The notes beneath the pieces were generated by a model. It saw only the letters and a program-made list of their open reading frames with translations. It had not been told where the DNA came from and searched no databases. A stretch of 58,645 bases of DNA from Candidatus Altiarchaeales archaeon ex4484_2 (GTDB lineage: Archaea; Altiarchaeota; Altiarchaeia; IMC4; QMZM01). Made by a program: the position numbers and the translations under genes. The DNA lies in assembly GCA_002254565.1 (NCBI GenBank), contig NJEG01000001.1, forward strand, positions 1 through 58,645. Direction: 5' to 3'. This document shows, one piece after another, positions 27,974-36,264 of this stretch (its first letter is position 1; every line of letters starts with the position of its first letter).

Positions 27974-29308
27974 TTGATGAAAATGAAAATCAAAACCACA
28001 ATAATCCTGGTCTTTATAATAGCGCTTATAATTGCATCGATCAGTGGTCTATACCCTTTTTATCTGAATGCAAAGGCTGTTTTAAAGGAACAGACATACA
28101 ATCACCTGGAGTCTGTTGCAGAATCAAGGGCAGCACATGTGAGGTCGTTTTTGAGGGATGTATGTGAGAGTACCCGGGTGCCGTCAACAAGCGTGGTTTT
28201 CATGGAATTTTTAACCACAGATAAGGACCATGAGAGTTATGCTAAGAAATTTGAGATGGTTAATAAAAGACTAAAGCAGATTAAAGAAAATTTCGATGAA
28301 TTCGATGATGTTTGCCTCCTCGACGGAAACGGCATTATCGTCGTTTCCTCAAACAGTGCATTTGTTGGTAAAAACAGGTCGACAGACCCTTATTTTATTG
28401 AGGGGATGAAGGGCGCATATATGTCTGACATGTATCTCTCAAAGGTTACCGGAAAGCCAGGGTTTGTTGTCGCCTACCCCATACTCTCAGATAGAGGGGA
28501 GAGTCTGGGGGTTCTGGTTGGGAGAATTGATGCATACGCCTTAAATAATGTCGTAGCAGACAGATCCGGTCTTGGGGAAACAGGGGAAACATATCTGATA
28601 ACAGTAGATGGCTATAGGATAACGGCTTCAAGGTTTGTGAACGACACCTTCCTGAAACAGAGGATCAATACAACTGGGTCACGGGGGTGTTGGGAGCTAT
28701 TCGACGAGGAAGAGGGGATAACTATCTATGAAAATTACCGGGGGGAGGTAGTTCTCGGGACTCATCGTAGAATTGAGGAGATGAATTGGTGTTTGCTGGC
28801 GGAAATCAGTGAGGAGGAGGTGTTGGGTGCTCAGAGAACACACTTGTTTAATGTTTTCCTGCTCAGCGTATTCATTATCATAATCTGTGTGATCCTGTTC
28901 AGTTTCCTTATCTCGAGATTAATCTCAAAGCCCCTCGAAAAACTGACGGAAACCATAGAAGACATCAGCCGAGGTAAGCTGGATGTCAAGGTGGAGGGTA
29001 AGGAACGAAACGATGAAATAGGGGATCTGGCGCGGGCGTTTGACCGGACCCTGGTGAGCCTGAAGCTGGCGATGAAGCAGACGGCTCCGGCAATGAAGAA
29101 GGAGATGGATGAGCTCAAGAAAGCAATCGAGGAGAAGAATAAGGCGGAGAAGGAGCTGAAGAAACAGAACATCGAGTTAATTAAATCACAGATAGAGCTT
29201 GATAGTATGGCGAAGCAAATGGAAGATAAAAACTATTATCTGGAGGAAACCAGGGGAGAGCTTAAAAGACAAATAAAGGCTCTTCAACACAGGGATACGA
29301 AAAAATAA
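27974..29308 (+). CDS. membrane receptor: Cache-like periplasmic domain + HAMP + coiled coil, no recognisable output domain
   Basis: 444 aa. TM1 (IILVFIIALIIASISGLY), an extracytoplasmic region of about 260 aa with Cache-like features, then TM2. The HAMP is SKPLEKLTETIEDISRGKL...NDEIGDLARAFDRTLVSL, followed by an 80-aa charged coiled coil. The track start is TTG 27974; an ATG is at 27977. Confidence 0.7.
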   Translation: MMKMKIKTTIILVFIIALIIASISGLYPFYLNAKAVLKEQTYNHLESVAESRAAHVRSFLRDVCESTRVPSTSVVFMEFLTTDKDHESYAKKFEMVNKRLKQIKENFDEFDDVCLLDGNGIIVVSSNSAFVGKNRSTDPYFIEGMKGAYMSDMYLSKVTGKPGFVVAYPILSDRGESLGVLVGRIDAYALNNVVADRSGLGETGETYLITVDGYRITASRFVNDTFLKQRINTTGSRGCWELFDEEEGITIYENYRGEVVLGTHRRIEEMNWCLLAEISEEEVLGAQRTHLFNVFLLSVFIIIICVILFSFLISRLISKPLEKLTETIEDISRGKLDVKVEGKERNDEIGDLARAFDRTLVSLKLAMKQTAPAMKKEMDELKKAIEEKNKAEKELKKQNIELIKSQIELDSMAKQMEDKNYYLEETRGELKRQIKALQHRDTKK

Positions 29309-29327
29309 ATGAGGGGGATATCATACA

Positions 29328-30295
29328 ATGGGTATTGATGTTGGAGTAGGGAAAAGCGAAAACGAGAACATCCTTAAGGCAGGGTCTGAAGCAGCAGGGG
29401 ATGCATTAAAGAAACTAGGTCAAGACGCTGATGTATTAATAGCGTTCGGCGCCCCATCATACAACCAGCAGGAGCTGCTTGACGGGATAACAAATACTTC
29501 AGGGGAAACGCCCTTAATCGGAGGAACAACCGCAAGAGAGATATCCACCCTCGGACTGAGTATTAACTCGGTTGTTGTGGCGGCCCTCTCCCTGGGTGGG
29601 ATGGATTTTGGTGTTGGAGCCGGCAGAAACATTTCAGGCGGGGAGGAGAAGATAGGGGAGATGCTTGCATCCGGCCTGCTTGAAGAAATCAGTGGAGAGA
29701 ACGCCAAATCTTTGATGGTTTTTCCGGACGGGCTTGCCGGAGACGGGTTAAAGATTGTTAGAGGCTGCCAGAATGTTCGGGGAGATGACTTTGAGATGAT
29801 TGGCGGGGCATTGGGTGATGAACAGATTTCAGGAAGATGTTCCAGTACTACAACAGAGTGAGGTGGTTCAGGAAATATTCGGTAAAGAGACTCCAGTGAT
29901 CGGATTCTACACCCACGGAGAGATCGGACCAATCGACAAGACACATCAGGAGTTGAAGGCAGCGAGAGGGCATAACCAAACGGTTGGGGTATACGGGTTG
30001 AAGGCGAAGGGATTGGAGGAAAAGAGACAGGATGATGATACATACTAAAAACAGGTTGATTGTCGGGGTTTTAGCAGCTGCTTTGCTGAAACCATTGATG
30101 AGTTAAGAGAAGATGTTGTCCCGGAAGCGGTTGCGATGGCGGAGATGGATGCTGCGACCGAAGAGATGGATCATGGAACGAAACGATGAGGTAGGGGAAC
30201 TTGCAGGGGCGTTTGACCGGACCTTGGTGAGCCTAAAGCATGCATCGCCCGAACTCAAAAAAGAGAGCAATAGCTACGAAACAGAAGATGAGTGA
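29328..30295 (+). pseudogene. decayed FIST-TM-HAMP sensor gene (internal deletion plus frameshifts)
   Basis: Frame 0 gives a FIST_N-like region (29328 to about 29825, ...PLIGGTTA...MIGGALGDEQ). The +1 frame then gives only the tail of FIST_C (PVIGFYTHGEIGPID...HNQTVGVYGL) up to the stop at 30048. A TM-end remnant (LIVGVLAAALLKPL) follows. The HAMP remnant is split across two frames (ETIDELREDV... / ERNDEVGELAGAFDRTLVSLK). Confidence 0.65.
30175..30239 (+). repeat. 65-nt HAMP-coding segment duplicated from 29002-29066
   Basis: Hand alignment of 29002-29066 against 30175-30239 gives 57 of 65 identical positions with no gaps. Confidence 0.85.
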
Positions 30296-30878
30296 CCTGC
30301 ATGTAGGGGAAACCAATGTAACGGAATTACTGAAAGAAGAGTTAGGTAGACGGGAGGAGAATTATGTTGCAATACTCCAGGTGCCGGAGGAAAAATACCT
30401 CCAAGTAAACCTGGAGACGATTAAGACGCTGGTGGAGGAATTTGGCTACTCAGGATTATACATAACAATACAGCGGCCCCACACTAACCTCATGAAGCTG
30501 TTTAGGAAACAAGGCATAAATGCAGACAAGGTATGTTTCATTGATGCAGCATCCTCGGCGGCAGAGGAAACCGGTGAGGAGACAGAAAACTGCACATATG
30601 TCCCAAAGGAACTGAACATAAACGACCTGACGCGGGCAACCTACAGGATGCTGCCAGACATTAAGGGAGAGAAAAAATTCCTGTTCCTGGACTCCATAAC
30701 AACACTCATGCTATACCAGCCCCTGTCGGAGACACTGAGGTTTGCGGAATTCCTGACAAGAACGCTACGGAAAACAGACCTCTCGGCAATCATCATGAAC
30801 GTCGGAAGCGAATTCTCCAAGGAAAACTTTATTAAAGACATAGTCTTCCAATGCGACGAAATCATAGAAATCAGGTGA
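30288..30878 (+). CDS. KaiC/DUF835-like domain protein lacking a P-loop (paralogue 1)
   Basis: 196 aa from ATG 30288 (the track ORF starts at 30240). The RecA-like strand order is retained (GLYITIQRP...CFIDAAS...KKFLFLDSITTLMLY...SAIIMNV...CDEIIEI). The Walker A position reads AILQVPEEKYLQ. Confidence 0.55.
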   Translation: MSDLHVGETNVTELLKEELGRREENYVAILQVPEEKYLQVNLETIKTLVEEFGYSGLYITIQRPHTNLMKLFRKQGINADKVCFIDAASSAAEETGEETENCTYVPKELNINDLTRATYRMLPDIKGEKKFLFLDSITTLMLYQPLSETLRFAEFLTRTLRKTDLSAIIMNVGSEFSKENFIKDIVFQCDEIIEIR

Positions 30879-30879
30879 A

Positions 30880-31446
30880 ATGAGAGATACTGCAGGTAAA
30901 CTGGAGGATGAACTAACTGACGTGCTGGCTGGAGAAATCATTCTGTTAGAGACCAAGCCGGAAGAGACACTGGATACAACCCTAAGCTCCCTGAAAACCC
31001 TGACCTCAGGCGAATCACCGGGCATAATACTGACATCCACAAGACCCTACTCTAAACTCATTAAATTATGCAGGGAAAACAACATAAACACAGAACACCT
31101 ATCCTTTATCGACACAATCATGATGTCTGTGGGAGTCCCTGAAAAGAATGCCGAAGAGACCACAGCAGTGATATACGTGAGCAGCACATCTGCGCTAACA
31201 GAGATATCACTTGCTCTGGACAAGAAATGCTCCAACCTCGGGGAGGGAGGATTCCTTTTCATAGACTCGCTGACAACCCTGCTCATACACAACAGCCCAG
31301 TAGCCCTGACCCGTTTCATACATTATACCCTAACCCGGCTGAGGGTGAGGGATATGGGGGCTCTGCTGACGACAATGGAGGAGGGGATAGATAGTAAAAC
31401 AAGGGCTGAGATAGTTACCCTCTGCGATAAAACAGTAATTCTCTGA
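30880..31446 (+). CDS. KaiC/DUF835-like domain protein lacking a P-loop (paralogue 2)
   Basis: 188 aa, collinear with the preceding gene (GIILTSTRP...SFIDTI...GGFLFIDSLTTLLIH...GALLTTM...CDKTVIL). The Walker A position reads ILLETKPEETLD. It starts 1 nt after the upstream stop. Confidence 0.55.
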   Translation: MRDTAGKLEDELTDVLAGEIILLETKPEETLDTTLSSLKTLTSGESPGIILTSTRPYSKLIKLCRENNINTEHLSFIDTIMMSVGVPEKNAEETTAVIYVSSTSALTEISLALDKKCSNLGEGGFLFIDSLTTLLIHNSPVALTRFIHYTLTRLRVRDMGALLTTMEEGIDSKTRAEIVTLCDKTVIL

Positions 31447-31650
31447 GCCCAGTTATCTGTGAGGGCAGGATGTATTCTTTGGGATGGAACGACAATATGA
31501 TGTCCTTCCTGATCCATGATATAGTGGTCACATCAGGGGACTATGCTGGTGAAGGGAAGGCTGAGATCTGCTTCGGGTTCGAGGTTGCGGTGTTAACCAA
31601 CCTGGAATCAAAGATGTACTGGAAGGATATGGGCTGCAACACACTGTATG

Positions 31651-32916
31651 TCACCAGGGTCGTGATAGCATGCCCCTAGGGTCTGTGAGTTCTCCCTTAA
31701 TGGCTGATGCTGCTACCGTTGCAGGAGAAGCCAGGTAGATGAAGGCCTCGGGGTTGCCCATCCTTCCCCTGAAGTTTCTATTAGCTGTTGAGATAACGTT
31801 TTCCCCGTCAGCCGGCACCCCGTTATGTGTTCCAACGCAGGGACCGCATCCAGGCGTTACAACCGCTGCCCCGGACTCTATCAGAACCTGTAGTATCCCC
31901 TCGTTCATGGCATCAAGGTAAATCTGCTTTGAAGCGGGAGCTACAATAAACTTGACCCCCTCCTTCACCTTCCTTCCGTTTAGTATCCCTGAGGCAATCC
32001 TTAAATCCTCTAATCTGCCGTTGGTGCACGTACCCAGGTAGGCTTCCTGTATCTCAAGACCCTCTAATTCAGCAACTGGGACTACGTTATCCACTCTATG
32101 AGGTTTAGCTACCACCGGCTCAAGTGAGGAGGCATCCACGTTTATTTCCCTGTTGTATGAAGCATCCCCATCTGCCTTCACCGGCTCCGGCTCCCTTCCG
32201 GAGTGTTTCCTGACGTAATCCATCACCCTACGGTCTGCCTCCATAATCCCTGCCTTAGCTCCCATCTCCACCGCCATGTTGCACACGGTCATCCTAGCCT
32301 CAACCGAGAGAGAGGAGATTGCATCCCCTCCGAATTCAACTGACATGTAGGTTGCTCCGTCTGCGCTCAAGTTCCCAATAATCTTCAGTATAAGGTCTTT
32401 GGAGTAGACCCCCTCAGGCAGCTCTCCCCCTACGTTGATTTTTATTGTATCTGGGACTTTGAACCACAGCTTCCCTGAAGTGTATACTGCAGCTATATCT
32501 GTGGAGCCGATTCCGGTAGAGAACACGTTCAACGCCCCGTAAGTGCACGTATGGCTGTCAGCGCCCACCACCAGGTCCCCTGGAACAACATGACCCTGCT
32601 CCGGTATCAGCTGGTGGCATACGCCGCATCCTATGTCGTAGACATTAATCCCCTGTTCCCTGGCGAACTCCCTCATCATCTCGTGTAGGTTGCTTACCTG
32701 CTGGCTGGGGCTTGGAGCTGAGTGGTCTATGACGAAAGATATTTTATCGGGATTCCAGACATCAGTTACCTCCATGTCCCTGAAGGATTCAATCGCCAGG
32801 GGCGTGGTGCCGTCCTGGCTCATGGCATAATCTATGCCTGCTATTACTATATCCCCAGCATATACTTCCTTGCCTGAATGCAGGGATAGAATTTTTTCTG
32901 CGATTGTTTGACTCAT
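31651..32916 (-). CDS. aconitase-family dehydratase large subunit (3-isopropylmalate dehydratase / homoaconitase type)
   Basis: 421 aa with the N-terminus MSQTIAEKIL and Fe-S ligand motifs GTCTNGR and GCGPCVG. No small-subunit gene is adjacent. Confidence 0.85.
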   Translation of the reverse strand: MSQTIAEKILSLHSGKEVYAGDIVIAGIDYAMSQDGTTPLAIESFRDMEVTDVWNPDKISFVIDHSAPSPSQQVSNLHEMMREFAREQGINVYDIGCGVCHQLIPEQGHVVPGDLVVGADSHTCTYGALNVFSTGIGSTDIAAVYTSGKLWFKVPDTIKINVGGELPEGVYSKDLILKIIGNLSADGATYMSVEFGGDAISSLSVEARMTVCNMAVEMGAKAGIMEADRRVMDYVRKHSGREPEPVKADGDASYNREINVDASSLEPVVAKPHRVDNVVPVAELEGLEIQEAYLGTCTNGRLEDLRIASGILNGRKVKEGVKFIVAPASKQIYLDAMNEGILQVLIESGAAVVTPGCGPCVGTHNGVPADGENVISTANRNFRGRMGNPEAFIYLASPATVAASAIKGELTDPRGMLSRPW

Positions 32917-32949
32917 TTTAATTAATAGGAAGTATGAACTATTAATGTT

Positions 32950-33507
32950 CTAGCGAAGGACCTTAAGGAGGTCTGCGTTGGTCACTATGCCCTTGACTTT
33001 CCCCTTTGCCACAACGAGGACTGCATTGTTGTGTTCCAGAAGCTTTGAGACCATCGAGAGAGGAGATGTGGGGTTTATGAAGGGAAATGATTCCTCCATG
33101 AAATCCTTGACTTTGCGCGAGGGCATGTCCTTAATGTCAACGCCTCCGGATATCTGCTTGAGGACCATCTCGTCCGAGATGGAACCAACCACCTGGTTCC
33201 TCCTGAATACAGGTAGTTGAGATACGTTGTGTTCTTCCATCAACGCTATTGCCCTGCTGATGGAATCTTGGGGGGTTACCCTCACCACCCCCAGAGACAT
33301 TATTTCTTCCACCCTTATCTCTTCCTTCTTGAGCTCGTTCAGTGCACTGAATATGCTTTCTATTTTTGAATATCTTGGATCCACTGTTCCCGCCTCTACC
33401 CGGGCTATGAGGGACTGGCTTATTCCTGCCTTTTTCGCCAGCTCTGTCTGCGTTATGCCAAGCTTTTTCCGGTATTTTTTTATTTCTGTGAGTGATGGAA
33501 GATCCAT
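32950..33507 (-). CDS. XRE-type HTH + CBS-pair transcriptional regulator
   Basis: 185 aa with HTH LGITQTELAKKAGISQSLIARVE followed by two CBS motifs. Confidence 0.8.
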   Translation of the reverse strand: MDLPSLTEIKKYRKKLGITQTELAKKAGISQSLIARVEAGTVDPRYSKIESIFSALNELKKEEIRVEEIMSLGVVRVTPQDSISRAIALMEEHNVSQLPVFRRNQVVGSISDEMVLKQISGGVDIKDMPSRKVKDFMEESFPFINPTSPLSMVSKLLEHNNAVLVVAKGKVKGIVTNADLLKVLR

Positions 33508-33670
33508 TTTAAGATTCTATGCATATCTGAATATTTATAGGAGGTCTGTATTTATAAAAGAATATATGCATACTTGCATAAGATATATAGATTTGTATTT
33601 ATAGTAAAATAACAATATATTAAGTATTTTCATCCAGCCCCCCTCGTTCCACGATCCAACAGGTACTTGA

Positions 33671-35158
33671 ATGAAGACCATAAAAGAAATCAACCAGAAA
33701 ATAAAGAAAGGCGAAGCCGTAATAGTACGAGCCGACGAGATGCCTGAAATCTACGAAGACAACCCAAAAAAAGCAGCCAGCGAGGTGGACATAGTAACGA
33801 CGGGGACATTCGGGGCCATGTGCTCCTCAGGAGCATTTCTCAACTTCGGGCACGCAGACCCCCCAATCAAAATAACCAAACTCTGGCTGAATGATGTAGA
33901 AGCGTACTCGGGTATAGCAGCAGTAGACGCGTACATCGGGGCAACCCAGCTAAGGAAATACAGGGACTCCGACTACGGGGGGGCACACGTTATTGAAGAC
34001 CTTGTTTGCGGTAAAGAAATTGAAGTGAGAGCTGAAGCCTATGGAACAGACTGCTACCCCAAAAAGAAGGTGGAGACCACAGTCACCCTAGAAGACCTGA
34101 ACCAGGCAATAATGTACAATCCCAGAAACATCCACCAGAGATACAATGCGGCAACCAACTCATCAGATACACTGATGAGAACATACATGGGAACTCTTTT
34201 ACCAAATAAGAGAAACATATGCTTCGCAGGTGTTGGAGAACTCAACCCCCTGGCGAATGACCCGGGTTATGATGTTATTGGAGTGGGAACAAGAATATTC
34301 CTCGGAGGGGCCAAGGGTTTTATTGTTGGTGAGGGAACCCAGCATTCCCCTGATAGCGGGGCAGGGAACCTCTCCACCAGAGGAGACCTCAAAGACATGG
34401 ACCCTAAATATGTCAGGGGATGCAACATTCCCGGATACGGCACGAGCCTCTATCTTGGTATCGGCGTGCCCATTCCGATTCTGAACGAGGAAATAGCTCG
34501 CAAAACAGCTGTGAAAAACGAGGACGTAAAGACAGAGATTATAGACTATGGAATCTCCAGGCTGGTTAGGCCAGTTATTGGGGAAGTAAACTACGAGCAA
34601 CTCTTCTCCGGGAGGGTTGATGTTGAAGGAAAAAAGATTAGAACAAGCCCGCTCTCGAGTCTAAAGATAACATACCAGCTCCTTAAGGAATTGAAGGAGT
34701 TAATCGAGGAGAGGGAATTCTATCTCACAGGGAAAGTAGAATCCATTCCCAGGAAAGGACAGGCTAAATCAATGAAACTAAAAAAAGGTACCAAAACGGT
34801 TAATCAGGTCATGAGCAGGGAGGTGATTACAGCCAAAGCAGATGCTACCATAAAAGAAATCTCAGCTTTATTGATAAACAATCACATAGACCAGATACCT
34901 ATAGTGGATGAAGTAAACAAACTTCAGGGCATTATAACATCAAGGGATATAACAACAGCCTTAGCCAGGAACATAACCAAAATGGCTGACGTCATGACCC
35001 GGGAGGTTATAACCTCTGACCTAAACGAGGCCCTTGACATAGTATCCAGGAGAATGGATAAACATAAAGTGGATGCTACACCGGTCGTGGACAAAAACAA
35101 CAAGGTTGTAGGCATAGTTACCATAGCGGATATAATGAGAAAAGAGGGTTCTGAATGA
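33671..35158 (+). CDS. homocysteine biosynthesis protein, COG1900/DUF39 + CBS pair (L-aspartate semialdehyde sulfurtransferase type)
   Basis: 495 aa with the layout of the methanogen MA1821-type protein: a DUF39 region of about 380 aa, then two CBS domains. Confidence 0.8.
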   Translation: MKTIKEINQKIKKGEAVIVRADEMPEIYEDNPKKAASEVDIVTTGTFGAMCSSGAFLNFGHADPPIKITKLWLNDVEAYSGIAAVDAYIGATQLRKYRDSDYGGAHVIEDLVCGKEIEVRAEAYGTDCYPKKKVETTVTLEDLNQAIMYNPRNIHQRYNAATNSSDTLMRTYMGTLLPNKRNICFAGVGELNPLANDPGYDVIGVGTRIFLGGAKGFIVGEGTQHSPDSGAGNLSTRGDLKDMDPKYVRGCNIPGYGTSLYLGIGVPIPILNEEIARKTAVKNEDVKTEIIDYGISRLVRPVIGEVNYEQLFSGRVDVEGKKIRTSPLSSLKITYQLLKELKELIEEREFYLTGKVESIPRKGQAKSMKLKKGTKTVNQVMSREVITAKADATIKEISALLINNHIDQIPIVDEVNKLQGIITSRDITTALARNITKMADVMTREVITSDLNEALDIVSRRMDKHKVDATPVVDKNNKVVGIVTIADIMRKEGSE

Positions 35159-35544
35159 GCAAATATCTTATAGAATATTCCTCGGACGTGGTTGAATCCC
35201 CCATACTCTCCAAGGTGGTTGTAGAGACGGGGGTGTTGATTAATGTCCTACGGGCTGATATAGAGTACGATAAAGCATCTATTGTGGTTGACATACCGCA
35301 CGATGAGGATAGGGTGATAGAGAGATTCAAGGAATCAGGGGTCAGGGTCAGGAAACTGGAGGAGAACATCAAGAAAGACATAGAGAACTGTATAGACTGC
35401 GGCGCCTGTATCTCACTGTGCCCTACCGGAGCAATTTATTTCACGGAGGACTGGAGTATTGAGGTGGATAAAGGAGAATGCATTCGATGCGGGGCGTGCG
35501 TCCTGGCATGCCCGATGAAGGCCATGACTATCCAGGAACACTGA
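35155..35544 (+). CDS. NIL domain + 2x[4Fe-4S] ferredoxin (MA1822-type partner)
   Basis: 129 aa with an N-terminal NIL-like domain followed by CIDCGACISLCP and CIRCGACVLACP. It overlaps the upstream gene by 4 nt. Confidence 0.8.
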   Translation: MSKYLIEYSSDVVESPILSKVVVETGVLINVLRADIEYDKASIVVDIPHDEDRVIERFKESGVRVRKLEENIKKDIENCIDCGACISLCPTGAIYFTEDWSIEVDKGECIRCGACVLACPMKAMTIQEH

Positions 35545-36224
35545 ACAGATTTGAGTTATCATTTAAGGAATCCAGAATAGTTGTCTTCTGCGACCTGGAC
35601 TCCTGTAGGGAAACTGAGGAGGAGCTGGAAAAGACATATATCCTGCTGGAGAGATACATAAAAAACAACCCATTCTACCAGTCAACCTACGAGCCCCTTA
35701 AGGTGGAGGATAACGCCCCAGGCATAGCACGGGAGATGGCTGAGTCCTCAAGGAAAGCTGGCGTAGGCCCCATGGCCTGCGTAGCAGGAGCGTTCTCCGA
35801 GCATCTGAGGGATTTTCTACTGGATTCCGGGGCGACAGAGGCTATTGTTGAAAACGGCGGAGACATAGCATTGAAGATAAACAAGGAGGTAATCATTGGT
35901 TTATATGCAGGCTCATCACCTTACTCCAGCAGGATAGCTTTAAAGGTGAAGCCCGAAAACACTCCCCTGGGGGTGTGCACATCCTCCGCATCAATCGGAC
36001 ATTCCATCTCCCTGGGGGAAGCTGATTCCGTTACTGTCTTATCTAATTCAACGCCGCTGGCTGATGCAGCAGCAACCTCCATAGCCAACCAGGTTAAGGG
36101 AGTAAACCCTGTGCAGAACGCCCTAACGCATGCCCGAAAGATTGAGGGAATCAGGGGCACCATGGTTGTCTTAGACGGTGAGCTGGGATGCTGGGGCAGT
36201 CTGCCGGAGATAATCAGGATATAA
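35478..36224 (+). CDS. UPF0280 / COG2122 ApbE-like protein (start uncertain: 35478, 35487 or 35508)
   Basis: GVGPMACVAGAFSEHL...ENGGDIALK...CTSSASIGHSISLGEADSVTV resembles the ApbE-related UPF0280 family. All in-frame ATGs overlap the ferredoxin gene. Confidence 0.65.
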   Translation: MHSMRGVRPGMPDEGHDYPGTLNRFELSFKESRIVVFCDLDSCRETEEELEKTYILLERYIKNNPFYQSTYEPLKVEDNAPGIAREMAESSRKAGVGPMACVAGAFSEHLRDFLLDSGATEAIVENGGDIALKINKEVIIGLYAGSSPYSSRIALKVKPENTPLGVCTSSASIGHSISLGEADSVTVLSNSTPLADAAATSIANQVKGVNPVQNALTHARKIEGIRGTMVVLDGELGCWGSLPEIIRI

Positions 36225-36264
36225 CCCCTATGTTTTTAATCCAGTAAACACTATATATTCTTTA

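Noticed and set aside
29800-29860. Programmed +1 frameshift as the explanation for the split FIST gene.
   Set aside because: The junction also lacks about 150 residues of expected FIST sequence, and further frame breaks occur downstream in the TM/HAMP remnant. Decay or misassembly is more parsimonious.
31490-31565. Possible C/D-box sRNA (tgatgt ... ctga ... tgatat ... ctga).
   Set aside because: The box C is imperfect, and the spacing between boxes (about 6 nt, then about 35 nt) does not fit the archaeal 12-nt guide architecture.
31470-31679. 69-aa plus-strand ORF between the KaiC-like paralogues and leuC.
   Set aside because: It has no recognisable motif or obvious ribosome-binding site, and it overlaps the convergent leuC 3' end by 29 nt. 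It is not excluded, but the evidence is too weak to annotate.
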